Below, piece after piece: positions 13,600-27,400 of a stretch of 64,000 nucleotides of DNA; positions within the stretch are counted from its first letter, which is position 1; each line of letters begins with the position of its first letter. The position numbers and the translations under genes are program-made. This stretch comes from Octopus vulgaris. Lineage: Eukaryota. The DNA is taken from contig OX597815.1 of the NCBI GenBank assembly GCA_951406725.2, positions 112,592,001 through 112,656,000 on the forward strand. Direction: 5' to 3'. The notes under the pieces were generated by a model that ran no database searches, was not told where the DNA came from, and worked only from the letters and a program-made list of their open reading frames with translations.

Positions 13600-14221
13600 T
13601 TTGATATGCTAATATCGTAGTTATCGAATTTACCACCAACCTTTCTCCACTTCTATCATCACAGAAGAAATGTTCAACTAGTGGGAAAACACTTTGATTA
13701 TAAAATGCACAATACTTTACCTATTTTGTGTAGGTACTTTGTAGAATAACGGTAGAAAATATTATTTACTGTAGAGTTGTTTACCCTTATAATTGTCACG
13801 AAAACAGTCGTCTCGAATATTCTGCAACAGAGCTAATAAGTTCACTAGATGCTATAACTGCTTCAGTACAAGCCATCCAGAGCCATCACTATAAAAGTAT
13901 TGAGTATTTCAATACATTTCTTCTCCATTTCTTCTTATAGGCATCTGCGAACGACTGTTGTAATGGTCTGTCTAGTGTCACCAAAATTGAATGTGAGTTT
14001 GTCAGGAGGTTCGCTCACCGATTAATTCAGTAGACAAGACAAATTTATGTCTCACAATATTAAATCAAGGCAAAGCACTTTCGCATTACACCATAGCCCA
14101 AAACCAAAGGATATTCCTATTGATAATTCGTCTCTCACTCTCAAAACTTTTCCGTGAAGATTTTTACATTATAAAAATAGTCTACTATATATTTAGAGAG
14201 TATGAATTTCATTTTTAATAA

Positions 14222-14410
14222 TCCTATCTACTATAGGCACAAGGCCTGAAATTCTGGGGGAGGGGACTAGTTTCACTGGTACATAATTTATCGACCCCGA
14301 AAGGATGAAAGGCAAAATCGACCTTGGTGGAATTTGAACTCAGAACCTAGCGACGGGCGAAATACCGCTAAGCATCAGCGTACTAACAATTCTACCAGCT
14401 CGCCGCCTTA
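14222..14410 (-). mobile_element. SINE family A
   Basis: Reverse complement of ggcgagctggcagaat..gagttcaaattcc..gtcgactttgcctttcatcctttcggggtcgataaa. Confidence 0.9.
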
Positions 14411-14714
14411 ATTTCCTTCTTAAAAATAGTCGGAAACTCTATTTTAAAATTTCAGGTCATATATACATGCTTTCTAATATATATCCTGATGGGTTAACGG
14501 GACCACCACACGTTTAGTTACAGTGTTAGTATATCTACCAAACATTAGTACACTTAATATAAATCAAAGTAATTATCAGGCTCGATGAGAGTGAGAAAAC
14601 TAACCCTCTGACTTACCAGAGCAGCCTACATGACATGTTTCCATAGATATCCTTCCTGAAAGTTTCCCCATACTAAAATCTGATAGACCCAATAAGATAC
14701 GAGATACTAGCTAT

Positions 14715-15762
14715 TATTATGGCCGTCAGCCGGGAAGCCGCGCATGACCTCAGCTCCGTATTTTGTTTTCGAAAATTGTCATCTTAAACCAGCTGGAGAA
14801 TAAGGAATCCTTCTTTTGCCGAATTCCTTTTTTTTTTTGTTTTTGTTAAAAGTCCCCCTATTTCTTGGAAGACTTACTGGATTTATCACATTTTTTATTG
14901 CACGTGGAAATATTTATAATTTTTGCTCAATGGCAGCAACAAATAGTTTCGAAGGAGTTTCAGTTGTCGATAAGAGAAGGAGAGGGACAGAGGAGTGTCT
15001 TTTCACAAAAATGAGAGAGGATGACAGCTCTTTGCCTGTTGGCGTGACTATTAGATGAGCAAGCAGGCAAATTAAGATGATCGTATCTATTACAAACAGC
15101 AACTTCAACACCACCACCACAATCACTACGAACAACAACAACAGTAAATCTTCGATGGGAGAGAAAATAAGCATACAGTTACAATATATGTGATGTCCTC
15201 CATTAGCAAGTAACTTGGCTACTTCGGTCAACAATATGAACATCGCCGCAAACAATAGCTTCGCTTTGGCTCTGACTAACACCGACAAGAACATCATCAG
15301 TAGCAAAAACGATATAGTCAACACCAACAACGTTAGAAACAACATTTCCTTTGCAAGAGTGAGAAAATTGCAGGAGAAAATCTCCTTGGAAGGAAAACAC
15401 GCGTACCTGAGTGAAGCAGAAAAACTCCTCAATAGAGGGCATAGGAAAACTAAGCGTGCTATCCCTTCAGATTTGATGGAGAAAACGGCAAAAAGGACCA
15501 TCGTTTACAGATGTGTCACTAAAGATGAGGAAAATTATATCTATCGGCCGAGTCTGTAGTGAGGATTGCCCGTGCCACCCTTGTTCAATCAGGCAGACAA
15601 GGCAGTTTTCCTTTTCCTTTTCCTGGTGGCTGTGGCAAAAGAGGTTATTTGGTAGACAAGGCTGAAAGGCATGAAATCACATACATTCCGCTTTGGTAGA
15701 GTTCTCATTGACTTCTTCAAGTTTCAATTGAAAATGAAATTGAGAGGAAAGATGGGTGAACG
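14715..15762 (+). mobile_element. Internally deleted L1/Tx1-like LINE (5' UTR, ORF1-like start, ORF2-like C-terminus)
   Basis: One frame from ATG ~14930 with scattered stops, N/T-rich ORF1-like segment, then FLFLVAVAKEVIW*TRLKG..LIDFFKFQLKMKLR resembling Tx1-type ORF2 ends (from recall, not an alignment). Confidence 0.5.
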
Positions 15763-15763
15763 T

Positions 15764-16098
<335 letters not shown>

Positions 16099-16104
16099 AT
16101 CATT

Positions 16105-16316
16105 ATCCCCTTCTTTCAATTTTCGTTTCCATTTCTTGCCGAGTATCGTCCCAACCCCCAGGGCAAAAAAACTCGCTATGTATATTGGTGGGTGGGTGCC
16201 ATAAAAATATACACACCAGATTGGTCATTTACAAAGTCATGTCATAGAAAAAAAGGGGAAGAAAGACAGAAGAGAAGAGAAGAAAGAACAGATAAAATTT
16301 TAAAAAGAATAAAATG

Positions 16317-16320
<4 letters not shown>
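16105..16320 (-). mobile_element. Dong/R4 LINE 3' UTR fragment
   Basis: tttcttgccgagtatcgtcccaacccccagggcaaaaaaactc matches the 3' UTR at 43870-43935; TTA repeats adjacent. Confidence 0.75.
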
Positions 16321-16359
<39 letters not shown>

Positions 16360-17640
16360 GTTGTTGATGTTATTTAAAACGGTTTGATTCGGTATGGAAT
16401 CGACTCAAACTGTTTTAAATATTAAAATATGTAAATTCTACTAAATGCGTTGAGCGCCTTTTTCTCGCATTTGTCCACTCACCCGTGTATATATTCTTTA
16501 TTTTATTTACTTGTTTCTGTCATTTAACTGCGGCCATGCTGGAGCACCACCATATATGTATATATGCATGTATGCCTTAACATGTGATTTTGTAGTGTAT
16601 GTCTGTCTGCATATGTATGGGGGTACACAGTTGAAATCATCGATATTACTTCAAGCAAGCTAGTTTTAATTATCTATTGAAACAGTTTCCCTCATTACCA
16701 TATATTAATTGAAAAAAAGCGATTATTGATGAACAAGCGCTTGTTTACAGGCTTATCAGTAATTGTTACCTGCTGGTAAAGAGTCCGTCGAAGCATCAGT
16801 ACGCTGAATTCACAGTTGGCAATACTGCAATATTTAATTCCATGCATGAATGCACATTATGAACACATGTTTCGTTTGTTATTTAGCTGCAGGTCAGTCC
16901 TAGTCCAGAAAGTATAGAGAACCAAATTGCAGACGCAGAGAACATTTTTTTTTCTGTAATTCAAGTGTAATATATATTGTCATGTATTCTTTCTCTTTTT
17001 CTTTTATTCATTTTTTTATTGAGTCGATGGAATATGATTCCAGGCCAGTTTTATTCCAGCTGATCGAAGTTTTGGTGTTTCAGCTTAGAATAGTTCATCT
17101 TTATATTCAGACATCATTCCTTTATTTTTATTTAGAATGGCTGCCAAGAGACACTGTTTAGCATAGGAAAATATTTTCCCTTATATTATAGTTATATATA
17201 AATACTTACTTTGTGTATTAAGGAAGCGATTGGTTTCATGTTAAGAAAAATTTCAACAACTTTTCAAACCCGTCACATAGAAAAAAATTTGAGATTTTCC
17301 TTAACATGAAAACAAGGATAACTTCATACACAAATGAAGAATCTTTATCAACCAATCTTTCTCATTGTTTGATATTTACATATTTACATATGTATCATTG
17401 TGTGAGTGTGTGTGTTTGTTTTAGTGTGTCAGTACGTACGCATGTATATCGGGTAATTGTTCACAAGTCTGCAAGCAAGCCTAACCATAAAAATATTTTA
17501 GAGCACTTATATTTTACGCCAAGAACAATAGTAATCGTGATACTCATGGCAGCATTTGACCGGCTACAACTAAGGATATGCTACTTGATCACATAAAAAA
17601 TACGTGTGTATAAGTGTCTGAATGTATGTTTATGTGTGTG

Positions 17641-17680
<40 letters not shown>

Positions 17681-18099
17681 CGTGCGTGTGTGTGTGTGTG
17701 TGTGCATATATGTATGTGTGTGTGCATGTATGTGTGTGCGTACACACACATATGTTGGACTGAAATTCCCGTTGATGTTTGTGTGTATATATATACATGT
17801 GTGTGCGTGTTATTAATAGCTGTGAGTAACAACAGGCTAACAGTAGCAGATAACTGTCAATGATATTGAAACGCATGATGTCATTCATAGGTCATGGGTG
17901 TGCTTTTCAGATGCATTTTCTATAAGGAGAATTTTTCCTCGGGAAACAATTTCTGTATTATCTGTCTTGATATGTCCTGGTGTTCATGAACATGAAATTC
18001 CATGGAATGAATCAGGTATGTTGGAAATAATGGAAATTTGTTGTTGTTGTGAGATTGAAGCCTAAAACGGGAAGCTTAATCTGTAATTATAGCTGTTTA

Positions 18100-18560
18100 G
18101 GAACATTCGATTAGAAAGAATTTGATAAAAAGAAGGAATGATAAAATTTTGCGAATGAGCAGACGCAGAAATTGTAGAAAAAAAACAAAGTTTTAACCGT
18201 CCCTTGAGTGAAATTGAGAAGTGAGTACTAAAAGTGTCTAAACGCAAGTGTAACAGTATAGATAAAAGTGTATATTGAGATGTAAGCTGTTCGTGGAGAT
18301 TGAAAGTGAAAGAAAAGTGGTACGATGATGAATCAGAGTCTGTCATATAGAACAAAGCATTACAGGATTTTACGGGAATTCTCCATAAAGACGGAACCAA
18401 GACGATCATTTTGTGGAAGAAACAACTCTTGCAAAATAATATGGTAATAGAGTAGATACCAAAAAATTAGAAATAATTAAGAAATATTTTAGATTTGTTG
18501 ATGTACGCAAAGCTTTGTCAAGCAGGAATTCCTTAATAAAAGGCGCAATAAACAGCATGG
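18100..18560 (+). mobile_element. Decayed Dong/R4 LINE fragment
   Basis: SIDKSVY*DVSCSWRLKVKEKWYDDESESVI*NK, cf. KWYxHxPE..ILWDF in the 44036 copy. Confidence 0.55.
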
Positions 18561-18814
18561 AATGAAATGTAGGTGTATGCAGTCATTTTGAGCATGTTCG
18601 TGTATTCTCAGAAATGGAAAGATATACGCTGCAAAAATTGTCCGATAAAGGCATTCATAGCCGAATGGTACGTTTTACAGACATATTTCCTATAAGAGGC
18701 ATTCTCTGCAGCGTATGGTTTCATACAAGTACATTTCATTCAAAGCTGCTTAGTACATTTGTATTTAACACTGTGGTTGAATTTACAAGCTAATTATTAT
18801 TTTAATATCACCAA

Positions 18815-19000
18815 AAGGCTTCGAGCTACCAGTATCGTTAGCATGTCTGACAAAATGCTTAGCTACATCTCTCTGGCTTTACGTTCAGAGTTTAAATTCC
18901 GCCAAATCAACTTTGCTTTTCCTCTCTTCAAGGTCGAAGAAAATAGGTACCAGTTAAATACTAGGCTTGAAGTGATTGACTTGTAACCCCCACCAAAATT
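18815..19000 (+). mobile_element. SINE family A, diverged
   Basis: ttacgttcagagtttaaattccgccaaatcaactttgcttttcctc. Confidence 0.8.
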
Positions 19001-19624
19001 CCAAGACTATTATAATAGCACCAAACTTATTTGAGTTTAAAAGAAGGAGTAATTTGAACGCTTGTCTATGTTTGTCCCACAAAACATTGATTTTAGTTTA
19101 CAAACCATATCCATTGAGGATGGCTGCCATGTAGTGATGCCATAAGTAATCTAGAAATCAACATGTATGAAACAAAAGTTAGTTCAACAATTTTATGATT
19201 TAGTTACACCCTAAATGTTATAGTGACATGACCAAAAGTAAGCCCAACGGTGAATGATATATTTTCGTCATAATTTTCCATTCATAGACACTGAAAAGTA
19301 GAGTGATATGAAACTATCTACTTATGTCTGATCTTAGAAAGACTGTTTCACATTATATCAAGCAAAAGGGTCAGAACCTTCTAAAAATGATAACAATAGA
19401 AGTGATTTATACACAGTAACGGAAAGACTGGTCATACAACAAAAAGACCTATATTTGAATACCAATTCTGAGGATTTACAAGAGTAAATTTGGGTTAAGC
19501 AGATGGACACAAGTGCTTCAGTATATGTTTGTAAGTACATTGATGGGATGTGTGTGTGTGCGGTCGCGCGTGTGTGAATAATTTATTATGCAGATGTTTC
19601 TTCTCAATTTTACTCTGCATCATT

Positions 19625-19830
19625 AGTTTCAAATTTTGACACAAGGGCAGCAATTTCGGAGAGTGGGTTCGGTCGATTACATCAACTCCAGTGTTCAAAT
19701 AGTACTTACTTTATCAACTCCAATATGAGGAAAATCAAAGTCGACATTTGGCGAAATTTGAACTCAGAACGTAAAAACGGACGAAATTCTAACCATTTTC
19801 CCCGATCGGTAACGATTCTGCCAGCTCGCT
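19625..19830 (-). mobile_element. SINE family A
   Basis: aaatttgaactcagaacgta..taacgattctgccagctcgc. Confidence 0.85.
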
Positions 19831-20239
19831 GCATACTTTACTCGACATTGTTAATGTTATATTAATCTAATGTTGAGCTGAATCCATTTAAGTCACCATA
19901 TATTCATATATTAGTATTCCATAATGGGCATAACTCCCTTAATTATTTTTATAGGTTACTTGCCTTTCAGTATATTTGGTGATCTAAACTGCTATAATTG
20001 AACTAACCCAAAATGTTTCAGTCGCATCAAACGAAAGTAAATGGAACTTCCTATGTGTGCTTAACAACACAGACTCCATTAGTTGCGGTTCAGTGTCCGT
20101 TGATTGATATTTGATTTATAGCCAGAAATTATGAAACTCTCAGTTAACTAAAATGTAATAACAGTTTTCTATATACAAGGGTTTTTTGTATGCGTGTATG
20201 TACGTATGTATATATGCAGGTAGGTAGATAGATAGGTAA

Positions 20240-20375
20240 GTTGGCAGGCAGGCATGTAGGTAGGTAGGTAGGTAGGTAGGTAGGTAGGTAGGTAGGTAGG
20301 TATGTAGGTATGCATGACTGGATTCATGGATGGATGGATGAGTGGATGGATGGATGGATGGATGGATAGATGGAT
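20240..20375. repeat. (TAGG)n and (GGAT)n microsatellites
   Basis: Seen directly. Confidence 0.95.
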
Positions 20376-21011
20376 AAATGAGAAACGTTGAGAGAAATTA
20401 AAAGATGAATGAGAAAGATGGAAATTGGTGGCGAGCGAAAAGGATATTTTATGTAAATGTCCGAATGTCGCATTGACAATCTAGCAAATTATATGATTTT
20501 TCCATATTCAATTGCCACAAAGATAATATATTCAGCTTAGTTACAATTCGCATAACATCGAGACATTTTGAAACGTACAAACAGTATATGTTTACGCACA
20601 CAATCTCACATAAACATGTTAACATTTATCCATATCTCTATTGAGCTACATGACTGATCTGTAGATAGAACCGCAATGTGTAAAAAAGTATTTTAATACT
20701 ATTATTATATCATAATATTGAATTGAAAGTACTTTGCCTCACTCTTGCCATGGACGTTTTTGGATTTTCTAGTGTTCTCATTTCCGCCTCTGCTTTTACA
20801 ATTTCTATAAGGTGATAGCTGCCTTAACACATCGGTAAATTATCATCAAATTTATTCAGCAATTCAGTTTTGTGACTTTATTGAAACATATTTCACTTTT
20901 ATTTTTTTATCTGACAGCTCAAATTTCATTGAGTATGATGTAGTCAAATATTTATTCACCCTTTGTTTTCAATTCACTAAATACTGAAAATATACTGCAA
21001 CTCTATGATAA

Positions 21012-22192
21012 CACTGTACAACAAAAATGAACATAATTTCGACTACAGAGATGAGAATAACATTTTCTATAGTAGTTTTATGCGTAAATCACGAAAATGG
21101 CAACCGTTTCTCAGAGAATGACTCTAGCTTATGGTACTTCTCCTTTTTAATATTAGGGTATTTTATGATTTTAATTTAATATTTTTCCAGATTTTCAGAG
21201 AAAAAAACTATAAAATACCTATAAATATTTAATTAGATCTTTAATTTGAATAAACATTGCATTTAAAATGCTAAACGGTCAGTCTAGAAATCATCCAGAC
21301 AAATTTTGTTATATCTGTGGTGGATGCTGTGACATTCCAGAATAATGCAAGAAACATTACGCCGTTGGTAAAAAAAAAAAAAAGCAGCGTTACTTATATT
21401 TTAGTGCCAAGATAGGAGACCAAGATAAAAGTTGGCACCACATATCTGTTGCACATGTACCAATGATCTTTCAAAATGGTCTTTGGGAAAGTCAAGAAGT
21501 ATGCAATTTGGTATTCCAATGTTTTGGCGTGAAACCACAGACCACCATTTGGCAACATTTGACAGACGATAATTTTGAAAACACCTTAAATGTATTGAAA
21601 TTAGATGCATGGCAAAGTTTCAGAAACGTATGCAATGGTCTACTTGGGAAGCACAGAGCAGCCAACTATGAAGTACTTGTAGAAAAGTTGATTCATTCTT
21701 ATAAATCATTAGGGTGTAATATGTCGTTAGAAGTTCACTATATGGATTCGCATCTAGCTTTATTTCCCCAGAATGCAGTAGACATCAGCAACAAGCATGG
21801 TGGGAGATTCCACCAAAACATAAGTCAAATGGAAACTCGATATAAAGGGAAGTAGAGTCTCGCCATGCTTGCTGACTTTTGCTGGTTTCTTCAGAGAGAT
21901 AGACCTGATGCAATACATAAATATTGTACTAAAACATAGATGTTCTTCCTTTACTAAAAGTTGCAGATAATGTATTTACTATTAATAACAACCCATTTTA
22001 CAGAAAACTCGCTTTAATTCTAAGAAAACAAATGTTTTTTTCACAGAAAACGGCCCACTTTTTAGCAAAATCACACTGTGTAGTAACGGCTCGTTTTACA
22101 AAACACTGGAGTCATTTCATAAAAATGGAGTTCATTTTTTGTTCCAGAAGATGATGTTCTCTTCTCTGTAGCAACATCGTTGCTGTACAGTG
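21012..22192 (+). mobile_element. Chapaev3-like (CMC superfamily) DNA transposon, internally deleted
   Basis: Termini CACTGTACA..TGTACAGTG with subterminal inverted similarity (ctacagaga.gagaa / ttctcttctctgtag); flanks taa/tac; transposase N-term NHPDKFCYICG..GDQDKSWAPHICC..FGIPMFWRE joined to C-term GCNMSLEVHYMDSHL..HGGRFHQNISQMETRYKGK*SLAMLADFCW. Family assignment from recall. Confidence 0.75.
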
Positions 22193-22199
22193 TACAAAA

Positions 22200-22890
22200 C
22201 AGAAGGATGGAATAAGTACTAGCCTTACAATGAATAAGTCCTGGGGTCGATTTCTATAACTAAAAGGCTCAGCTGCAGTCAAAGGTCTGAAACAAATAAA
22301 AGATTAAAAGAATATATATATATATTTATACACACATACACACATATACATACACACACATACACACATACACACACACAAACACACACACACATAAAAG
22401 GCTTGCTTCCCAACCTCACGGTTCCAGGTTCAGTCGCACTGCGTGACAACTTCAACAAGTGTATTTTACTATAACCTCGAGCCAACCGAAACCTTGTGAA
22501 TGGATTTGCTAGACGGAAATAGAAAAAAGACCGTCTTGTGTCTACATATATGTGTGTGATTGTGTGTGTGTTTATGTATGTGTGTGTGTGTATAAATATA
22601 TTGTGTAGATATATTTACTGTATGTATATATACATATATATATGTACAGAATATATATATGTACATATGTATGTATCTATCAATGTGTGTATTTCTGTCT
22701 GCTTTTTCCCCGCATCACCGCTTGACAACCGATGTTGGTGTATTTACGCTCCCATAACACAGTGTTTCAGCTAAAGAGACCGATACTACTGGGTTTCAAA
22801 GATAAGTCCTGGGGTCGATTTGTTCGACTAAAACTCTTTAATAGGGCGCTCCAGCATGGCCGAGGTCAAATGAGTGAAACAAAGGAATAA
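22200..22890 (+). mobile_element. SINE family B: 3' fragment (22200-22310) plus near-complete copy (22400-22890)
   Basis: gaataagtcctggggtcgattt..ctccagcatggcc..tgaaacaa; internal TA/TG microsatellite. Confidence 0.85.
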
Positions 22891-22891
22891 A

Positions 22892-22946
<55 letters not shown>

Positions 22947-23242
22947 AGGTATATATGTATGCGTGTGTGTGTCATTATCGCAGAACCAGCAGCAATCTAC
23001 ATTTTCGTATGCTCTGACCTTTAACTTGTAACCTCGACCTTTGAATGCCGATTGAATAAATGGGCGTTCAGTCCAAAACAAAAATCAGATATTGTGCCCC
23101 CTAGCATACACAGAAATTTTCAAATTTTTATTTCTATGTTTTCGTGTATAAGAAAATCTCAGTGTGGGACTACTGCTTTGATATGTGCAGTGATTACTTT
23201 TTTTAACCTTTATTATTGAATTTATAAAAACTAAGTTGTCAT

Positions 23243-23632
23243 GAGCGCAGGAGTGGCTGTGTGGTAAGTAGCTTGCTTATCAACCACATCGTTCCGGTTT
23301 CAGTCCCACAGCGTGGCACCTTAGGCAAGTGTCTTCTACTATAGCCTCGGGCCGACCAAAGCATTGTGAGTGGATTTGGTAGACGGAAACTGAAAGAAGC
23401 CCGTCGTATATATGTATATGTATATATATGTGTGTGTTTGTGTGTCTGTGTTTGTCTCCCCCCCCCAACATCGCTTGACAACCGATGCGTAACATAGCGG
23501 TTCGGCAAAAGAGCCTGATAGAATAAGTACTAGGCTTACAAAGAATAAGTCCTGGCGTCAATTTGCTCGACTAAAGGCGGTGCTCCAGCATAGCCACAGT
23601 CAAATGACTGAAACTAGTAAAAGAGTAAAAGA
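23243..23632 (+). mobile_element. SINE family B, full length
   Basis: A box TGGCTGTGTGG, B-box-like ccggtttcagtccc, accttaggcaagtgtctt core, internal microsatellite, tail gtaaaagagtaaaaga. Confidence 0.92.
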
Positions 23633-24032
23633 TTATGCCGATATTGAAATAGAGTATATTTGTTCTTTAGACCTACGTTAGCCCTCTTTGAGCAGTCCTG
23701 TAAATACATCGTAGTCACTACTAAATTAATTCGACACCAACGATTTCGGTGTAATAGTAACATACATATCGCAGACTATGTGAGTCGATACAAACCTCCG
23801 ACACTTCATCTACTCATATAGTACACCACTAACTCGGTCATCTACCATCCAGATTCTGAGATTCTACATGTATGCTACATCTTGTTCGCTGTGTTTGACT
23901 TTCTTAAACAGAAATACAAAACATATATTATCAAACTAATTGCATTTGCGTATATGTTGTGGGGGTGGAGTGTTGCGTATGTATATGCGTGTTTGTGCGT
24001 GCGCATGTGTGAATGAATGTGTGAGTGAGTGT

Positions 24033-24140
24033 GTTCAGTCCTACTGCGTGGCACCTTGGGGTAGTGCCTTCTACTATAGCCTCGGGCCGACCAAAGCCTT
24101 GTGAGTGGATTTGGTAGATAGAAACTGAAAGAAACCCGTC

Positions 24141-24201
<61 letters not shown>

Positions 24202-24422
24202 TATATACGTGTGTATATGTTTGTGTGTCTGTGTTTGTCCCCCCAACATCGCTTGACAACTGATGCTGGTGCGTTTACGTCCCCGTAACTTAGCAGTTCG
24301 GCAAAAGAGACCGATAGAATAGGTACTAGGCTTGCAAAAAATAAGTCCCGGGGTCGATTTACTCGACTAAAGGCGGTGCTCCAGCATGGCCATAGTCAAA
24401 TGACTGAAACAAGTAAAAGAGT
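24033..24422 (+). mobile_element. SINE family B, 5'-truncated
   Basis: Closely similar to the 23243 copy from gttcagtcc onward. Confidence 0.92.
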
Positions 24423-27400
24423 AATATGTGTGTGTATGTGTGTGTGTGTGTGTGTGTGTGCAAAACATATAAACCTGGCCTTGTAGATGTATAACATATG
24501 CATCCCAGTTCTATAATAAAAGGGTGCATTCAATTAACGTTTCTGTCAGTCACGTTCTGAGGATGAACAATTATACGGGGTATGCTGTAAAGAATAGTTC
24601 TTCGTGTTGTGTTTGCCTAAGTTGTTTGATTTACATATTCACGTAAATGCCTATCTATTTAGTGAAATATTTATGCATTTAAGTAAAATGTCTCTGGTGG
24701 AATTAAGTTATCTCTCGTTAGCTTTCATAACTTTGTTGCGATATAATCTAATTTTGGTGATTATCTTGCATCTGATTTATTTCCGTGAGTATATGTGTGC
24801 GTATGTATGTACACGTGTGTTCGTCATGGAAGTGGGCAAGGCTGACTGATTAAGAAGTTCCCTTCGCGATTGTGTGGTCGTGGATTCAATTCCAGGGTAA
24901 GATGTTTTAGGCAAGTGTCTTTTAGGACATCTTACTGTTACATGTCATTTGAGTGAAGTTAAAGTGAAAGAAATTAGTTGACATCCTGTAGAATGGTTTG
25001 TAATTTTAATGCAAATTATCAGCTTTCTTAAACTTTGAATCTCGCTAATTTTCTTGGAAGTTAAAGTGATAGGTATGTTTCTAGGGAATACCCATCGCTG
25101 TACACAACAATTCAATTAGTGGGCAATTAAATGATGAGCAATAATTGAAATATTAATCACTATAAATGACGGGGGACCTATTTACTGTTTATACTTCTAT
25201 GTGTTGTAAAATATTGTCGTAAGAAAGAACTCGTTGCAGAATATGTTGTGTCGCAGAATATGTTGTTTCGCTAGTTGAGTTAACGTTGTGTTGGCGGTAG
25301 TAGTGGTGTTTTTGTTGTTCTTTAGACCAGATTACCTTTGTGCAGTTTAATAACACGTAGGTGAACGACGGAACAATTAAGTGTGATTTAAATATCCAAG
25401 CTTCCGATATATACCATACACATCTTTGCAGTTCGGAATCATATAGCAACTACTGACATATAATTATTAATTGTATTTATTGCACTCTTGCAAGCCAGTA
25501 GATTCTAGTTTAGTAGTCAATGCTGTGAATTATTTTATAAGGTGTTTAGTACTTTGGGTATGAATGGGTGGCAGGAAATAGAGTCAAAGCTTCCCTTATA
25601 GTGAACATATTTAGAATGCACAGCGCATTTTACCGTTTGTTTTAATAGTTTATGTTTCTGTTCGTTATTTTCTTGTATAAATTGGTTGATGTTTGTTATC
25701 GGATGAGTGTTTCCAGACTGTAATTACGATTGCATTTATTTATGTACCTTTGTGGGGTATATTCCAAAGATTATGTCTATAATCCGTTTGTTGAAGCTAA
25801 ATACTGGAGCATCTACATTAGTGGTTGAGATACTATAGTTTTGTTCACTACAATTGGGTTTTTTTTGTTAGAATTTGTTTTTTTACTCTTGTGTTTTCGA
25901 AAATGATGTTGTCTATGTTATTCTGCGGCGGCTAATGACAAGGATATGGGCGATACCTGGACAAAAACTATCCTCGATTAATGCAGACGCTGTTTTAATG
26001 TCTATTGCGTAGTCTATTAAAGTCTATTACGTATCACTGGACTTCCACGCATTCCTCTTTAGAAATCATATTGCGTGATAGTATAATTTTAAAGTAAATG
26101 CTTTCATTTTAACGAGGTGAGTCTCATTTAAGGGAACATCTGTATTAGTTCGAGTTTAAGCTATTTTCTTTGAAATGAATATCATAATTAAGCAGCACCC
26201 TGTTAACGAGCTAAATATACTATAGAAATTTAGATTGTTTACAAGGATTCTAGGCCACCAATATATTGACATTAATTGATCTAAAAATCATAACTGACCG
26301 TGTATAGAAATGGTATGACACATTAAACAAAGCAGTCCGTAATGCATAAGCATAAAATGATATGGCCGTGACCACGTTGCTTTTGCTCAGTGATTCGTTT
26401 AATTAGTAATCAGGCTGGAGCTGGTGCTAGATAATACCAACAAAAACACTTTGCAATAACGACATGCAACAATAGAATCCAACAAAGAAGTGCATAAATT
26501 CTTTAAACAATGATCTCTCCAAATTGTGAATACGCACACATCTAATATATAGCCAGTACAATAACAAAATTTCTTTGTCCACAAACGAAAATTAGGCATA
26601 TTAAAAATGCATTTGGTTTGTATGCACATAACTTTAAATGGATGACGAATTTAACACTGTAGTATGCTTTCGAAATAAAATATTGCAAAATGAGAAAAAG
26701 ACAACACGGCATGCAAATTTATAATCTCATGAGATACAAACGAAAATTTATTAGAATTTTCTGATTAACATACTCCTATAAATATCAGGTGAGCAAATAT
26801 TTTTTCAGCATAATAGCATGTTCACACATCATAAAATTTAACACATCAAACCATCTTTTGCATTTATAGAACATAAAAAATTTAAAAGCAACATTGTCTC
26901 TAACAATTAAGTTTTCAACTTTTAACTTTGGTTTACACACGCACATACACACATATATGCATACTTACACAAACGCATATACAAACACGCACAAAGACAC
27001 GCAAATATTACATGCACGTGCATACACACACGCGCGTCAGCATGCATACACACATACACACATGCCAGTTTGTATACATGTCTTATCTCATCATCGGCAA
27101 TTCACCGTCTCCAAGTATTTTATCATCCCTTCTCTCATTAAAACAACGACAGTCTAATATGCAATACGTCAATACGTTTGGTCTATTGTTTAAGTGTTTG
27201 ATTTTTTTAGGTATTCTGGTATTTGTTTTTTGGAGGTTTTTTCTCGAGATGTAGTGAGATAGTCTTTCAAAAGCAACAATGTATGATCTTCTGCAAATGG
27301 TAAAATTGTTCATGTTTTTATAAATTTGTACATACATATCACTGATGTAATTTAATATGATTGCAAAGCTGTGAATTTCACACATTTGTAGAACGATTAT

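Noticed and set aside
14914-15501. 195-aa hydrophobic minus-strand ORF
   Set aside because: Antisense shadow of the A-rich LINE-like frame on the plus strand
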